A stretch of 64,000 nt of DNA from the human T2T-CHM13v2.0 reference genome, Homo sapiens. The position numbers and the translations under genes are program-made. Shown here piece by piece: positions 1-13,913 of this stretch. Each line of letters begins with the position of its first letter. The stretch's first letter is position 1. Location: NCBI RefSeq assembly GCF_009914755.1, contig NC_060935.1; one strand, given 5' to 3'. The notes under the pieces were generated by a model. That model searched no databases. It saw nothing but the letters and a program-made list of their open reading frames with translations, and was not told the DNA's origin.

Positions 1-264
1 GGCAGGAAGGATCCAGCACAGAAGGAAGATGTAGGCTGGGAGGTTAACTCAGTCTAGTCTTCTCAGGTTCTTCTGCCCGCTTTTATTCTGGCAGCACTGG
101 CAGCTGATTGGATTGTGCTCACCCAGGTTGAGGGTGGGTCTGCCTTTCCCAGTCCGCTGACTCAAATGTTAATCTGCTTTGGCAACACCCTCACAGACAC
201 AACCAGGAAAAGTACTTTGCATCCCGCAATCTAATCAAGTTGACATTCAATATTAACCACCACA
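1..264 (-). mobile_element. MLT2A (HERV-L) 3' LTR, continuing past the left window edge
   Basis: Minus strand begins TGTGGTGGTTAATATTGAATGTCAACTTGATTAGATTG, matching the MLT2A start; homologous to the plus-strand copy at 57852. Confidence 0.9.
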
Positions 265-450
265 AGTCCACCCCTTGTCAACTTGAACCCATACATATCT
301 CCTGAAATCATACATAATCTTCATAAACAACAATAATAAGGCCATAATTATACCTAACTCAATACAGTTATCCTTTGTACAACCGGAAACGCAGCAATCC
401 CCAACCCAAATACTATTACATAATGTTAGCACACTTAAATGAATATCCAT
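265..450 (-). mobile_element. HERV-L internal 3' end with polypurine tract
   Basis: Minus strand reads ...GGGTTCAAGTTGACAAGGGGTGGACT directly abutting the LTR TG; this is the typical ERVL PPT; similarity fades near 450. Confidence 0.8.
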
Positions 451-3309
451 TTGATACATATTTTGAAGGTATATGTCAAATTATACTTAGAAGAAACAGA
501 ACGATATTTCAGCAATCAACAAAAAACAGTTTTAATGGTTCCAGTGAGTTGAAATTCTGCTGACATAATTAGATTATGGAAGTTAGAAAAGCTAAGATTA
601 CTAAGAAAAGTTAAATATTTGACCTTGGCCAGAAGTCTATCACTTCTTGAAAGCTATTCAGAAAAAGGAAATCTATAAATATCTTCTGTCTGATAAATGT
701 ATAACTTTTCTCTGATGAGGAAACAGAGTTTCTGTGGTTCACCCAAGGAGATAGAACAATTTTCTATTTCAAAGAACTCTTTCTCTGATTCCTCCAAATT
801 TCAAAATGTTTTAGTTTATATAGGTCACGTAGGTTTTAAAGAGTTTAACTTTTGTACTTTATAAAGAAATTCAAAGAAGACATCAAAGCAATTACATGCC
901 TGATTTGTAATACTTTACTTCAAATGTATAGACATGGATATAGGAAAGTAGAAAAGAGAAAGATAATCATTTTATGTCTGAAAATTTTTATAAGTAAAAA
1001 GAACTCTAACACTTGACATTATTGGTAATGGCTTGATATATAATATAATATTATAATTATAAATGCCTCAATGGTCTTTTATCATCTGATTTTTACTGTA
1101 ATGAGCCTTATAATGAGCTTCATTGACTTGCATAAGAAATAACTATTTCCCCAAAAATTTATAAAAGTACAGGAAAGCTTAATAAAACTTTAGGGTTAAA
1201 AAGAGCTTTCAAGATATTCAAACTTTTATTAATGTTCCATATACTTCATTTGCTTTTTATCTTCCTGAGCTGTTATATGTTTGGACTTTGAAGGATCTAT
1301 CCACCTAACAAATTAGGTTAGCAGTAAAAATAATTTTAAAATTATATTTTACAAAAAAGCAAAACAAAACAAACACAAAACTATGATTATTCCTTCTCAG
1401 TATTATACAAAGATAAATCTGTTAATGAAATGGCAGCCTCTTAACTTGCTGACAGCTATCTTTCTCTGTTAAACTTTTTTTGATAAATTAAAAGTTTTTC
1501 AATAAAGTTAAAAAAAAAGGTAACCTTGTTTTTCAGCTAATTTTAGAGAAAATTTTATCCTTGAATGATCTTTCATGTTCTGATTTAATGAGTAAAATAT
1601 TTGGAGTTAATATGAAAACTTTATATTCATAAATTGACACAGAAATATCTACTGCTATGAAAAGCTGCAAATCAAGAAAGGTTATTTACCAACTGGTTCT
1701 GGGTCTATAAGGAAGAAAATGCCTTCTAAGCATTTTGTATAAAAATATCCAATTGCCTCTGGGGCTTCTCAACAATCTAGTTTGAGAAATAATAACTAAG
1801 ATTCGTAAGTTTATTTAGTGCTAAAATGGGACTGTAAAAATCACTTATTCAAGTCCTCTAGTTTCAAGATATTCTAATACAGCCCATGTAAAGCAGTTAT
1901 GATATTCTGAATTATTAAAATTAAAACCAAGGGAATGTAAGTACTTGTATTACATTCCCATAAGAAGACCCCAATTGAGGTCAGAGTTTTTTATTCTGTC
2001 TGCGTCTACTCTGAATATTGGTATAGCTGTGTAAATGATTTCATAGTCATTATGAAACTGCATATTTGGTTTAATTTTCATACTGTAGGACCATAGGAGC
2101 AGATAGGAGGGAGGAACAGAAGTCTGTTGCATTTCTTCTTCATTGATAAGATTTGGTTGATCTCAGATAGAAAGTTAATAACCACCTTGTTATTGAAATA
2201 TATGTGTATTAGAGAAATTCAAAATCTTTGTCCCTCATCCAATATGTTGTTCACAAAACTTTGCAGCTGCTAGTTGGGACTTCATGACTTAATCTTTGAG
2301 AAGGTAAACACTTTTTTAAAAGTATGAGTGAGGAAGACTGTGGAGAAACAGTCACAAATTAGAGAAATCAAGATTAAATACACAAAAAAGTCTTTTAATA
2401 CCTTCTTTTACTTTTATGTAGCAAACATTTCTTTTTAAGGATGTTAAATTATTTTGATTTTGTTACTATCTCTGCATTTGTCCTGCATTAATATTATCTA
2501 TTTGGTGTTTTCCTTTCCTGAAAGATAGTACGTTTCTTAAAAACAATGATTATGTCTTATTAGGTATATATCCTCACCTCTATAGCACCTGGTCACAAAA
2601 GTGTGCACTAATAAATAATTTTAAAGAAACTATTATGAACGTTAGTAGAGAAATGATAATTTGCAAGATACTTTTCTACACATATAAATCATAAAAATAA
2701 AGACCAAAAGGATGCTACTGATCCTCAAGATACTTAAAATATATTAGCTTTCTCTTCTTTCACTAAGGTGTGCTTTTATCTCTACTCATAACACTTGTCA
2801 TATGCAACTTTTTATCTAATTTATCTGTTTACATATATGTTATCATGTTTTATTCACAAGCAACAGAAACCCACATAATATGGCTAAAGAAGAGGGGGTT
2901 GACTTTGAAGAACTTAAGAAACCTCTCAAACTTACTCAAGAAGAGGAGAGGGAAAATGCTAGGCTGTGTAAGGATCAAAGCTATAGCGAGCTTCTGCATT
3001 CAAAACACTCTAAGATCTTAGCAAAAATAGTTTTCATAATTTAACTCCCGTGTTCTGGAATTAATGTAGTTTAGCTTCAACTCTTGTGTCTCATTTCCAT
3101 CTGTCATGCTACTAAATAACTTCTTTCCTCACAGATCCTATACCTCTGAAAATTTGTATTTCATGCCATTGGATTATTGTAGACTTTTCATATGGACCAT
3201 ATTCTATTTCCATATTATTTCAAGTTTTAGAGGGACAACAGTTGTTTTTTATTTAACAAATTATCTAAGTTAGAGCAAGAAAATATATATAATTAGCCAA
3301 AAATGTCCT

Positions 3310-3575
3310 TCAGAACCCACTTCCAGTACCTCTTCCTCTGTGAAGCTTTCTTTAATGCTGACTTCTGGTTGTCCTTCAGCCTACAGAAAATAACTGCTTT
3401 GGGTTGCCACTTTGTATGCATTCACCTATATACTACACTGAAATGATTTCTTTATGTGACTGTCTCTCCATTAAACATTAAGCTTCTTAATGACATTTGC
3501 TTATTTTAATTTCTACCTTAAATGCCAAGGAGGTTATAAAAGTATGTGCTTAATAAGTGTTTGTGAAGGAAGTGA
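3310..3575 (+). mobile_element. L2 3'-end fragment (degenerate)
   Basis: L2-like motifs CCTCTTCCTCTGTGAAGCTTTC, TGTCTCTCCATTAAAC, GTGCTTAATAAGTGTTTG. Confidence 0.5.
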
Positions 3576-3767
3576 TGGATACCATAACTAAAGGCTTAGA
3601 GGTGTAGATGAGTAGAAATCAAACACTGCTTCGGGGATAAAGTAGTGTTTGAGATGGACTTTGGGAGATAAACAAGTAGGAAGAGATGAAATTGAAGACA
3701 GCTGCTCTAATGAGAAGAAAACATAAAAGGGAAACCATAGTCTTGCGCATGTATGAAAAGCTTACTC

Positions 3768-4023
3768 TTTTTTTTTGTAATTAAACTTTAAGATCTAGTG
3801 CACATGTGCACAACGTGTAGGTTTGTTACATGGGTATACAGGTGCTGTTTTGGTTTGCTGCACCCATCAACTCATCATTTACATTAGGTATTTCTCCTAA
3901 TGCTATCCCTACCCCAAGGCCCCCCACCTCCTGACTGGCCCCGATGTGTCATGTTCCCCGCCCTATGTCCATGTGTTTTCATTGTTCAACTCCCACCTAT
4001 GAGTGAGAACATGTGGTGTTTGG
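3768..4023 (-). mobile_element. 5'-truncated L1PA (about L1PA7-8) 3' end
   Basis: Poly-T followed by the reverse complement of the L1 3' UTR (CACATGTGCACAACGTG...CCCACCTATGAGTGAGAACATG). Confidence 0.9.
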
Positions 4024-4183
4024 AAAAAACCTCTACACAAATAAACAAGAAAAACTTCTTATGTTGAGCAAATAGTTCTAATTTATTCATTTATAGAGGT
4101 AGCCATTTTTTTAAAGATGAAACTCAATTGGGTAGAAAAAGAAAACGCTTTCATTTTTTCCTACTATTAATTTCATATACATT

Positions 4184-4225
4184 CTGTTGAATAACCCTTC
4201 CCTACTGTTGAATAATCCTTCCCTA
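4184..4225. repeat. 21-bp tandem duplication
   Basis: CTGTTGAATAACCCTTCCCTA followed by CTGTTGAATAATCCTTCCCTA. Confidence 0.9.
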
Positions 4226-4419
4226 CATTGACTATATCTCCGGCAGTTATCGTTACTTTCTTATCTCTTTTAATTATAACAACAGTCTCATTTTCCTTAT
4301 TAAAACTCATTTATAAGTATTAAAATTTCTCTTCAACTCAAATCAAAACTTCAATTTTAAGTCAATAGTGTCCACCCTCTTGTGCAGGTAGTATCAAGAT
4401 GGTGTAAACCTAGTCATTG

Positions 4420-5269
4420 TTTTTTGTTTTGTTTCGTTTTTAATTTCTTCTAAAAAAAAGAAAGGAAAAACAAGATACATGTGCAGAACATGCAGATTTG
4501 TTACATAGGTATATGTATGCCATGGTGGTTCACTGCACCTATTGACCTGTCCTCTAAGTTCTCTACCCTCAACTCTGACCCCCCCAGTGGGCCCTGGTAT
4601 GTGTTGTTCCCCTCTCTGTGTCCATGTGTTCTAAATGTTCAACTCCTGCTTATGAGTGAGAATATGTGGTGTTTGGTTTTCTCTTCCTGTGTCAGTTTGC
4701 TGAGGATGATGGCTTCCAGCTTTATCCATGTCCCTGCAAAGGACATGATCTCATTCATTTTTATGGCTGCATAGTATTCTACAATGTATATGTACCACAT
4801 CTTCTTTATCCAGTCTATAATTGATGGGCATTTGTGTTGGTTTCATGTCTCCTATTGTAAATAGTGCTGCAGTAAACATATGTGTGCATGTGTCTTTAAA
4901 ACAGAATTATTTATATTCCTTGGGGTACATACCCAGGAATGGGTTTGCTGGATCAAATGGTATTTCTGGTTCTAGATCCTTGAGGATTCCTCTAGATACA
5001 ATTTCTCTAGATCCTTGAGGAATTGCCACACTGTCTTCCACAATGGTTGAACTAATTTACATTCCCACCAACAGTGTAAAATCATTCCTGTTTCTCCACA
5101 GCCTTGCTAGCATCTATTGTTTTCTGACTTTTTAATAATCGCTATTCTGACTGGTATAAAATGGTATCACATTGTGGTTTTGATTTGCATTTCTTTGATG
5201 ATCAGTGATGTTCAGTTATTTTTTCATATGTTTTTTGGCCACGTAAATGTCTTCTTTTGAGAAGTGTCT
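4420..5269 (-). mobile_element. 5'-truncated L1PA8-like element (3' UTR plus ORF2 C-terminus)
   Basis: TTTCTTCTAAAAAAA...GATACATGTGCAGAAC 3'-end signature; collinear with the L1 at 24942-25760. Confidence 0.9.
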
Positions 5270-7793
5270 AGTATCCACATGGTAAAAATTCATGTGCCAT
5301 TATCAGGACAAATATTAGAATTTTCTACCAGCTTCTTGCTTCAAAATCCTTTAGGAAGAAAGCAGATTCCAGCTTTTATGTTAATGTATGCCCCCCCAAA
5401 CTGCAGAAGACACATGTTGAGCTCACTTAGAAAAGCATTAACTTCTGCACTAGACACATAATGAGGAACATTGTAAAAACTAGAGTAAATAGGCATCTAG
5501 GAAGGGAGTGTATTGCCTAACTCTTCTTTTTTCAAGTAATCATGACCTCTCTCATGGATTCTCCTGGAGTCCTCTCACTTGCTTTGAGGAGTCCTTCTCT
5601 ACTTATGAAGGAGTGAAGGAAACTGTACAAAACACTTTACCCCAGGCTAATAATTCATTACTTCAATCAATAACTATGCACATCTAGTCTTTGGTTTTGT
5701 AAGCAGGAAGAGGGTGTCAAAGGACCATTAGCTACATCTCTGTGATTTGTGTGAGGATATGTGTTTCATTCCCTTTGTAAGAGTTCTTAGAGACATATGT
5801 CTTCAGTAGAAATTCTAAAATAACAAGGTAAGAATGCTATTCCATTCTTTGCTTCTGAGACATTTGTAGTTAAATCAGAACCCAAATATCATCCTTTCTG
5901 CAAAAGCTTCACATAATATCTACTTCAGGAAATAAACTGCCACAAAACAAATAGTGTTTAGAAGACAGTGTGAAATCAAGTAGTAATCTGTATAAACCAC
6001 AGAGTCAGAATTTATGTTAAAAGATGGAATGATCAGTATGAGAAGGAGTAATGAGGGAACACTTCTAGAGGAGGCAGGGTTTGAACACTTGGTATCCATC
6101 ATCCCCTTCTTCATCGCTAACAAAATTCCACTTTTGTGGAAGGCAGCAATAAGTTCTGTTCTCACCACAACCACAACAACAATAAAAAGTTACATTTCCT
6201 AGTTTCTGTATCATGTGAGTATGACTATATGGCTCAGTATGCCAAACTTAGTAATATTAATAATTATTATATTAATTTTTCATTGAAAGACTGTTTGACA
6301 GTATTAAATTTAAATAACATTTTATTGTTTTTATAGTTAATTTTCAATTTATCAAATACAAGTAGGTGCCAAGAAGCTCAATAAATATTAATTATAAGTA
6401 TTCATTATTATGTACTTCCATTATTTCTCTCTAAGAATATAAATTATCAGTGGCATTGACTGTGCCTTATTAATTCACATAACTTGTTAGGACTCAGTCA
6501 TTATCAATTCTGCTATCAAAACAATATTGATTGAGTAGCTACTTTATTTTGTGTCTGGCACAATTTTTTGCTCTAGGGATAGCTATATAGTTGACAACTC
6601 ATTAAAAAATTTCCTACTCTCAGTAAGTCTCTTGTAAGACAATAGACAAAGGATTAAGCAAAATATATAGTATATTAGATAATACTATATTTATTGATTA
6701 ATAAGATAAAGGAGCTACAATTCTGATAAAAACTGGTTTTTTTGAATATTGAATATATCTTTTATTTTGGTATTGATTACCAAATGTCTAGTTTCCCAAA
6801 TAACTAAGTAAATAAAATAAATGGACTTGAAATAATTAGAGGGGTGAGATATTTTGAAAACTGTAAATAAAATGTATCTTATCACATAAAGTTAAAATAT
6901 TGTAATTAGATATTAAAAATAATATCTAGAATTTTAGAAAAGAAATAGAATATGTCATGAAGGGGAGTCAGAGAAACGCTAACCAGAACCCAAAGATTGA
7001 TAGTCCCAGTGGGTAAGACAGTCACACCTAACTTTTCTGCAAAATAGATTGAATGACCCAAATTGCTCTTGTGTTTATGATATTTACTTTATTATGCCCT
7101 TAGTAAAATTGTGTTCAGCACAGAAACACTTTTGAATGATCAACCTGAAAGGTGAAATCAGAATGGTTGAGATTAAGAGAAAGATGCAACTGTTTCACTC
7201 TTTCGCAGGGACATTGCTTTAAAAAAATTTATTGCAGTAAAAAACGAGAGGAAAAATATAGAATAAAATATGTCTTTAATTTTATCTGGATTGGTTATGG
7301 ACTTCACACCTTTTAGAAAAGAAGCCAAATCAGCAACAGTGTTTAGGTTTGAACAGAAAGATGGTTTCTTCTAGTTTGTAGTAGAAGAACAATGCCGAAT
7401 AGGAGTAGGTGAAGATTTCTTGCCAATGCTTTATTTTTTTTTTTTCCTGTGGGAGGTAGACTGCAAAGTTCACTGTGTACCAAGGAAAATATATCAGTAG
7501 GTCCCTTGGCTCATACAGAGATTTTGCTTTAACTCTGAGCTCTTCCTTTTCTATAGGAGGCTGTGAAAATATCTGAAGCTAAAAGCCTCTGCAAATGCTC
7601 TCATAACTTCCTAATATCCATCGGTTCCTATAATAGAGTCAGATTGTCCAAGGCATCTGATTAATTAGCCATGGCTCTCTTACTCCATAAAACTTTGGCC
7701 CAGTGTCCTTGATATGACTTCTACTTTCTCAGCACTGCCAAAGATTTCCAATTTATATAGACACACATGCTGTTTCTCTTCCCCATACTCCCA

Positions 7794-7836
7794 TCTCTCT
7801 CTCTCTTTCTCTCTCTCACACACACATACATATATA
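7794..7836. repeat. (TC)n(CA)n compound microsatellite
   Basis: Read directly from sequence. Confidence 0.85.
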
Positions 7837-8099
7837 CCCACACACTACCCAATATAATGATATTTACTTATCATTTCTAAGTTGAAGGAACAGAGGGAAA
7901 GTGAAAGAGGAAGATAATAGTTAACAAAAGGATGCCCCTATGCTGTATAGAAACATATGTTAGAGACTAATTAGAGTGACCACATAGAAATAATAATTCA
8001 GAGATAAGCATTGACATGGTCAGGTTTTGGTCTTCCATTTTACTGGCTATGAGATTTTTTGGTTTTGTTTTCAAGTCTCTAAGCCTTTTTTAAGGAGTC

Positions 8100-8116
8100 A
8101 TATATATATATATATA

Positions 8117-8148
<32 letters not shown>

Positions 8149-8167
8149 ATATACATATATACACACA
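8100..8167. repeat. (TA)8(GT)14 compound microsatellite
   Basis: Read directly from sequence. Confidence 0.95.
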
Positions 8168-9359
8168 AAATTATTTAGGTTTACAATATCTCAAGTATAT
8201 TTAGTGTGATTAAGCCTCTATCTGAAAAATAATAATTATTCTACTTTGTAATTACAGATACAGATAGAGTCTAGGAAATGGCACAAAACAATTACTTTTT
8301 TGCTCTTCCTGTTTAATAATTTCAGAAAGAAATTCTGTTTTTTATCAGTTTCTTTTTTCTTGTCTCCCTTTATTTTCAATTTTTTTTTTCTATTTTTTTC
8401 TGTCTTTTATTACCTCCACCCCCTCCCTGAATCCTGCTTCTTGCCTGGAGAAGCAGCATAGGACTTTATAGTTCTGTGTCTCACTCCTATAACTATTCTG
8501 TAAACAGATGCAAATCTTAGAAGGCATTTTAGTTCCTTTAGCACCTTCAGGGCAAAATAGCTACAAGACAAAACCAAGCAAACATGACAAAGGAAAACAT
8601 CATTCCCTTGCGGATATTGAACAAACTTCACTGCATTATTTTCTTTGTACTAGTACGCCTTCAGAATATCTTTCTCTTCTTAATACTTTTTCCCTTGATT
8701 TGTTCCTTCAGAAAGTATAAGGAAAGCATGGGGTAAGGGATAAAGGAGATCTAGGGTTTGCATAATATATATTAGTTATGATCAAACTGCAAAGGGCCAG
8801 GTGTTAGATAGAAGTCTTAACACGAAATTCTGAATTAGAGTAAGGAAAGCACCACCAGAGACTAGGCTGGAGATCCAAAGGTGCTAAGGTGTTCAGGACA
8901 ATGGATCCAGAAAGAATTGGGAAAAGAGCGTTTGTGTTATGCCCTGGCAAGTTGGAGAGGATCCTTTGAACGTGAGTGCCTCTTCTACTTCTCTGCAGCC
9001 TAAGGTTGAATAAAAACTGAAAGATGACTTTTTCAGGAGACACAAAGGGCTGAAATACCTGAGGGCAATTGGCAAAGAGAATGACCTCAGCTGGGTAAGG
9101 GTGGTGTCCTTGTCAGAGAAGATCCTACTGGTGGGACCAAAACAAAACAGTTAACCTTTCATAGTTCACACTTTATATCATGTGGTCCACTCACAAGTAA
9201 GCATAGTTCATCTTAAGGGGAGAAACTCCTTACAATTATCTTTATGTGACGGTGAACGAATCTATTAACTAGAGTTCTCTATTGAGTCAAACACCTTTCT
9301 CTATTGCAATTATGTTTGTGGTCCTATTTCATGTAAAACATAATATGAATGTACTTAAG

Positions 9360-9545
9360 AGGAAGAACTTGGATGTCAGAAAAATTGGGGCTTGAATCTT
9401 CATGACTTCCTATCAATGGACAACCTAATCAATGGACAACCTGCGTAGACTTCAATTTTATCGCTTGTGAAATAGAGACGCAGAAAATTATTTGAAAAAA
9501 ATAATCAGATATATGTGAAAACGATAAGGCAGTGCCTGGGGTGAC
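9360..9545 (+). mobile_element. MIR fragment (degenerate) carrying a 16-bp-period tandem duplication
   Basis: MIR-like GTCAGAAAAATTGGGGCTTGAATC...TGTGAAAACG...CAGTGCCTGG; ATCAATGGACAACCT at 9412 and 9428. Confidence 0.5.
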
Positions 9546-10794
9546 ATGTTTGTATATAACAGTATTTTTATATAAGTAATATAGTGGTGAGTTTTTGTCA
9601 AGAGAGCTAATACGATTCAGTTGATGAAAAAGAACTTCAGATACTTTCCTTCTATAGAAGAGACTAAACTGTAGTTTTGCTACTCCGTTTTCCTTTAATT
9701 CTCTCTGAAATTACAAATGGATAACTATACTGATATCTTCACAACTTTTGTGCAGTTTCCTGGCATGATTAATATGTAATGAGAGCTTTTAATGAATGAG
9801 CATGTCACAGCTTTTTCTTGTTCGACTGTCACAAATTAGAAATTGGGCAGCTACTTTTCTGTAGATCAAGGCTTTCACTTTTAATGTGATATACTATCTA
9901 AGCATGGACAGACGATTGTGGAAAAATTGCTGCTTCCCACTGATCAGCACAATATTTTCTCTGCAGTTACAGAGCTGTGATTCACATGGGCTGTTCTGTG
10001 CATGGCCCTAATTTTCTTGCACTGATGTGGTGGATGGGATGAGAAGATGTAATAGTTACATAATCCACTTAAACCAGAAGAGAGAACAGCTATAACTTTC
10101 TCATCTAATGCAATGAAATGAACCCTGAACTAGTTATCAGGAAGCCCAGGGTGTTAACTCATACTGTTTCCATGAACACAGTCAAGTGGCTTAAATTCTA
10201 ACCCTAATTTTTCTCAACTATAAATTGTGTCTGTGTGCCCCTATATGTATCTGCATGGGTGAGGAAGAAGATAATGAATTTTCCTAGTGTATTTGAAGGA
10301 ATTATGATTAGTGTTCATTGAGACATTTGTTAAGAAAAGCTGGAGTAAGTACCTTACAAATGTGGAAGTTTATTTTAGTGTCATTGCCCTACTTCAGACA
10401 GAGAAAAGCCACATGTCCAGCAACATCTGTCCTAAATCCTGTCATTCCACTGTCATAGATATATCATAGATATATATTCCTCTTGACATTAAATGCACAT
10501 GAAGTTCTATGAAAATAGCAAAATGCTGTATAAACTATTTCTATCAAATAATAGTTGGAAGAAGTACTCCTTTTGTTCCAAATAAGAGGTTAGCCTCTGA
10601 ATCAAAGTTAGATTTGAGTAATGTTTTGGTGGGGAAGAGGTATTACAAGGCAAGAAAGGGATGACTTAGAAGTGGAAAAGACTTTTGAAGGAAAAGGGAA
10701 GGGCGAGAAAGATTAATATTCTTAGATTCTCATATTTACTTCTGTTTAACCTTGAAATTGAAACCATTATTTTTAAGAGAAAATATGCTGAATT

Positions 10795-11560
10795 TGTATT
10801 CATTCGTTTATTCTATAAATATAAATTAATCTTCCACTATGTTCAAGGTACTGCGCTAGGTTCTAGAGGTACAACTGTGAATTAGACATGTAAAGTGCCA
10901 GGAAGAAGTTCACAACCTCATTAAAAGACAAGTGCCCTGACGAGGATAAGCAGAGGTCACCAGAGGAACACAAAACAGACATATCAGAAAAGGCTTCCTA
11001 GAAAAAGTTGACATGCAGGTTGAAGCCTAAAGATAGGACAGGAATTAACGTGTTGAAAAAGTACCATTGAAGAGATAGTACCATTGAATCTAGAGAATGT
11101 GGCATGTAAAATGTAATTAATATTCTTCATTTAGCTTCCTATTCCTTAATATTATTGCTACAATTTTGCTAATTGTATGCTGAAATTCATGGCATGAAAA
11201 CTATTCTTTACTATACCAACCACATTTGCTTCCACAGACTCATTAATTTCTAAAAGTACCTATTTCATAATTGTAAAGAATGACAGCAATTTCTATAGTT
11301 TTTGGGTACCTCCAAAGGGCAGAAAATGGGTGTCCTGGGCATTAAGAGTTGATGTACAGGCATAAGAAAATATGCAGTATTTAGTGTGAGAAGTAAAATA
11401 TTACATGTGGAAAAGTAATCAGGGAAAATGTCATAAAATGGTTTGAATGCTAGGGCCAAGTTTGAATTTCATCCTAAAAAGTTGGGTAAGCTTGTAAATG
11501 TTTTAAGCAAATAAATAGTATAATCATAATGGTGTTTTAGAAATGTCACTCTAGCTCTGG
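10795..11560 (-). mobile_element. L2 fragment(s)
   Basis: Reverse complement of the L2 3' end (CATTCGTTTATTC...CTATGTTCAAGGTACTGCGCTAGGTTCTAGAGGTACA) and L2 body (TTTTAAGCA...GTTTTAGAAATGTCACTCTAGCT). Confidence 0.6.
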
Positions 11561-11857
11561 ATGTGTTATTCAAATATTTCTGATCATATACCTCTATTAA
11601 TAAATCATTTTGACCACAGTCCTCAACATAGAAAACAGTGAGAATTCTTATTCTGATGCCATAGGCCCCACACTTGGATTTCTTGCATCATTTTCATTTC
11701 TTTACTTAGACTCTAATGACTCAGAATGTCCATTTTTCTCAGGAAACACATGCTCATTATAGCAGATATCACATGAAGGCAATGCCTTCACTCAGAATAA
11801 ATTATTTATAAATAGGAAAGTCAGAACTATCAGAGGAAAGGTTAGGAAGCAATAGGT

Positions 11858-11858
<1 letters not shown>

Positions 11859-11906
<48 letters not shown>
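11859..11906. repeat. (GT)24 microsatellite
   Basis: Perfect 48-nt run. Confidence 0.98.
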
Positions 11907-11908
<2 letters not shown>

Positions 11909-13913
11909 CTTCAGAGGTAGCAGCCGAATCTGTGTGTATGAGAAATATTTTAAAAGTTTGTGATATTTTTGAAGTCAAAACTTGAAGGCATCCCCTCTAG
12001 ATTATTCTTTACTTGATTTTTTGATAGGAGAGAATGAATAATATGGTAAGCTAAAAATCTAAAATTATCAAAGTCATAAAAAGGAAAATGCGTATTTTAC
12101 TTACGTAATTTTCTATTCAAGACAAAATAACTAATAGTATTGAAGTTGTATATTTTTGGGCAATTAATCATGTTGAGGTAATGATGCATGAAGTAATCAA
12201 AATGTCTAAATAAGGCTCAATGATATAGAAAGATAAAGTAAAGAAAACTAATGATGAATAATTCTTATATGTGTTATATTACCTTATCCTAAAATATTTA
12301 CAAAATAAATGTGATAAGTAAACAAAAGACTCAAAGTTGATTAATAAATTAAAAATAATTATACATTAAAAATATACTGAATATACAGCAAACTAAAATA
12401 AATCTAGAATACCTCACCCCCACAACTGGACTGGAAATTATTTCTAAACTGATATGTCACTAATTTATACTCCCATATAGTGAAGACACATAACCTGTAC
12501 ATTTCTTTATTTTTTAAAAATAAGCTTACTTGACTAGATAATTTTTAAAATTGCTTTTAACTCTAACAATTTTGTGTTCTTTTGCTCTCTGACCAATTTT
12601 TAATCTCTTCATTATTCTTATTGCTTAAATTGTGTTAAACTAATGAAAATATCCCAACGTGGTCAAGACCTTAGTGCTTGTCAGCTATGTTTTATTATTA
12701 GAGTGATTAAAAATGTTCAGTCTTCAAGTGCTGGAATTTCACTTGCCACTAACTCTTCAAAGGGGTTTTTTTTTATTAACATAGGCACCCCATCTGGAAC
12801 TTATTCCAGTCTAGACTCCTCCCTGCCACATCTGCTCATGTGCTTAAATCAAAATTAAAGACCTTGTGCTTAGTTAATATTTTTCCATTTTATTTGTCAT
12901 CAATTTTTTTAAAGTCTGAGTTTAACAGCATGGAATATTAGAACATATTTTGGAGGAACCATGTTTCTAAATAAATTTGGACAGAAAGATGCTTAATGGC
13001 ATATACTTCGTGGTCCCTTTTTCTGAGTACAGAGTTCAAAAATTTATTAAAATGTTTTTGCTGTGTGGAGTACAATGCCATCATTTAAAAAAAAAAACAT
13101 ATTTCTCATTCCAAAGTATTCAGTTGGGTGAAGTCACTCTTTCCTAACAGTGCCATATTTACAAATAAACAACTAAGTCAATTTCATATTAAGTGATAAA
13201 TAGGCTATTTTCCAACATATTGTATTCCCAAGTGATGCTTACAGATGCTAAAAGGGAAGTACTATGGTATTAAGAAAATGGAAGAAAAACCTCAAAAACT
13301 CTCTTTATATTTGTAAAGATGATGATTCCAACAGCAAAAAATTGAGTCTAACAAGCATTGAGCACATCAAAATACAGATTTCAAAAAGTGAGTGTAGCTG
13401 GTTGGTGAATTATATTCATAGAACCCTCTGATTAATGAGGCAGAAAACTACAGCTCATAACAAAGAAAAAACCTATTTATTGCTGTTCAGCAAAATAATT
13501 CTGATGCAGGGAAGATTATAGGGGATCCAAGTGACATTGGTCCCCTCAGAGTGGATCCCTTTTTAGCCTTCATAGAGCTTGTTCTTTTAAGCACCCTGGT
13601 TTAAATGCCATTACCAAAAAAGGACTGAAAATTTTGAAGCTGAGTAAAAACACTTTATTTCATAAAATGATTATGTTAGATGATATATTAAAATACTATG
13701 TTATATAGAATGTTTTTCTTATGATTTCCAGCAACTTATCTGTGTTATCTTTATAAAGTGTTGAATTAAAAAGCTATGTAGGTATTGTTATATAAAACAT
13801 TTGTAAAGAGCTGAACATACCCAATTATTAGAATCAAGATTCTTTTTTATTTATTTATTTTTTTACAGTAAGCAAAGTCTGGAAAGCCACCTACATTCAT
13901 CCCAACACCTCCC

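Noticed and set aside
9780-10050. Possible conserved non-coding element or exon (TGTCA motifs, TTTTCTCTGCAG acceptor)
   Set aside because: Short motifs expected by chance; no convincing donor or ORF; cannot be supported without alignments
11060-11088. AGTACCATTGAA direct repeat (similar ones at 4184, 9412, 42493, 46840, 60433)
   Set aside because: Isolated two-copy micro-duplications are ordinary slippage or repair products, and the units are unrelated to each other, so there is no CRISPR-like or dispersed system
13521-13560. GGGATCCA/TGGATCCC inverted repeat
   Set aside because: 8-bp arms with a long loop, built on a self-palindromic core; expected by chance
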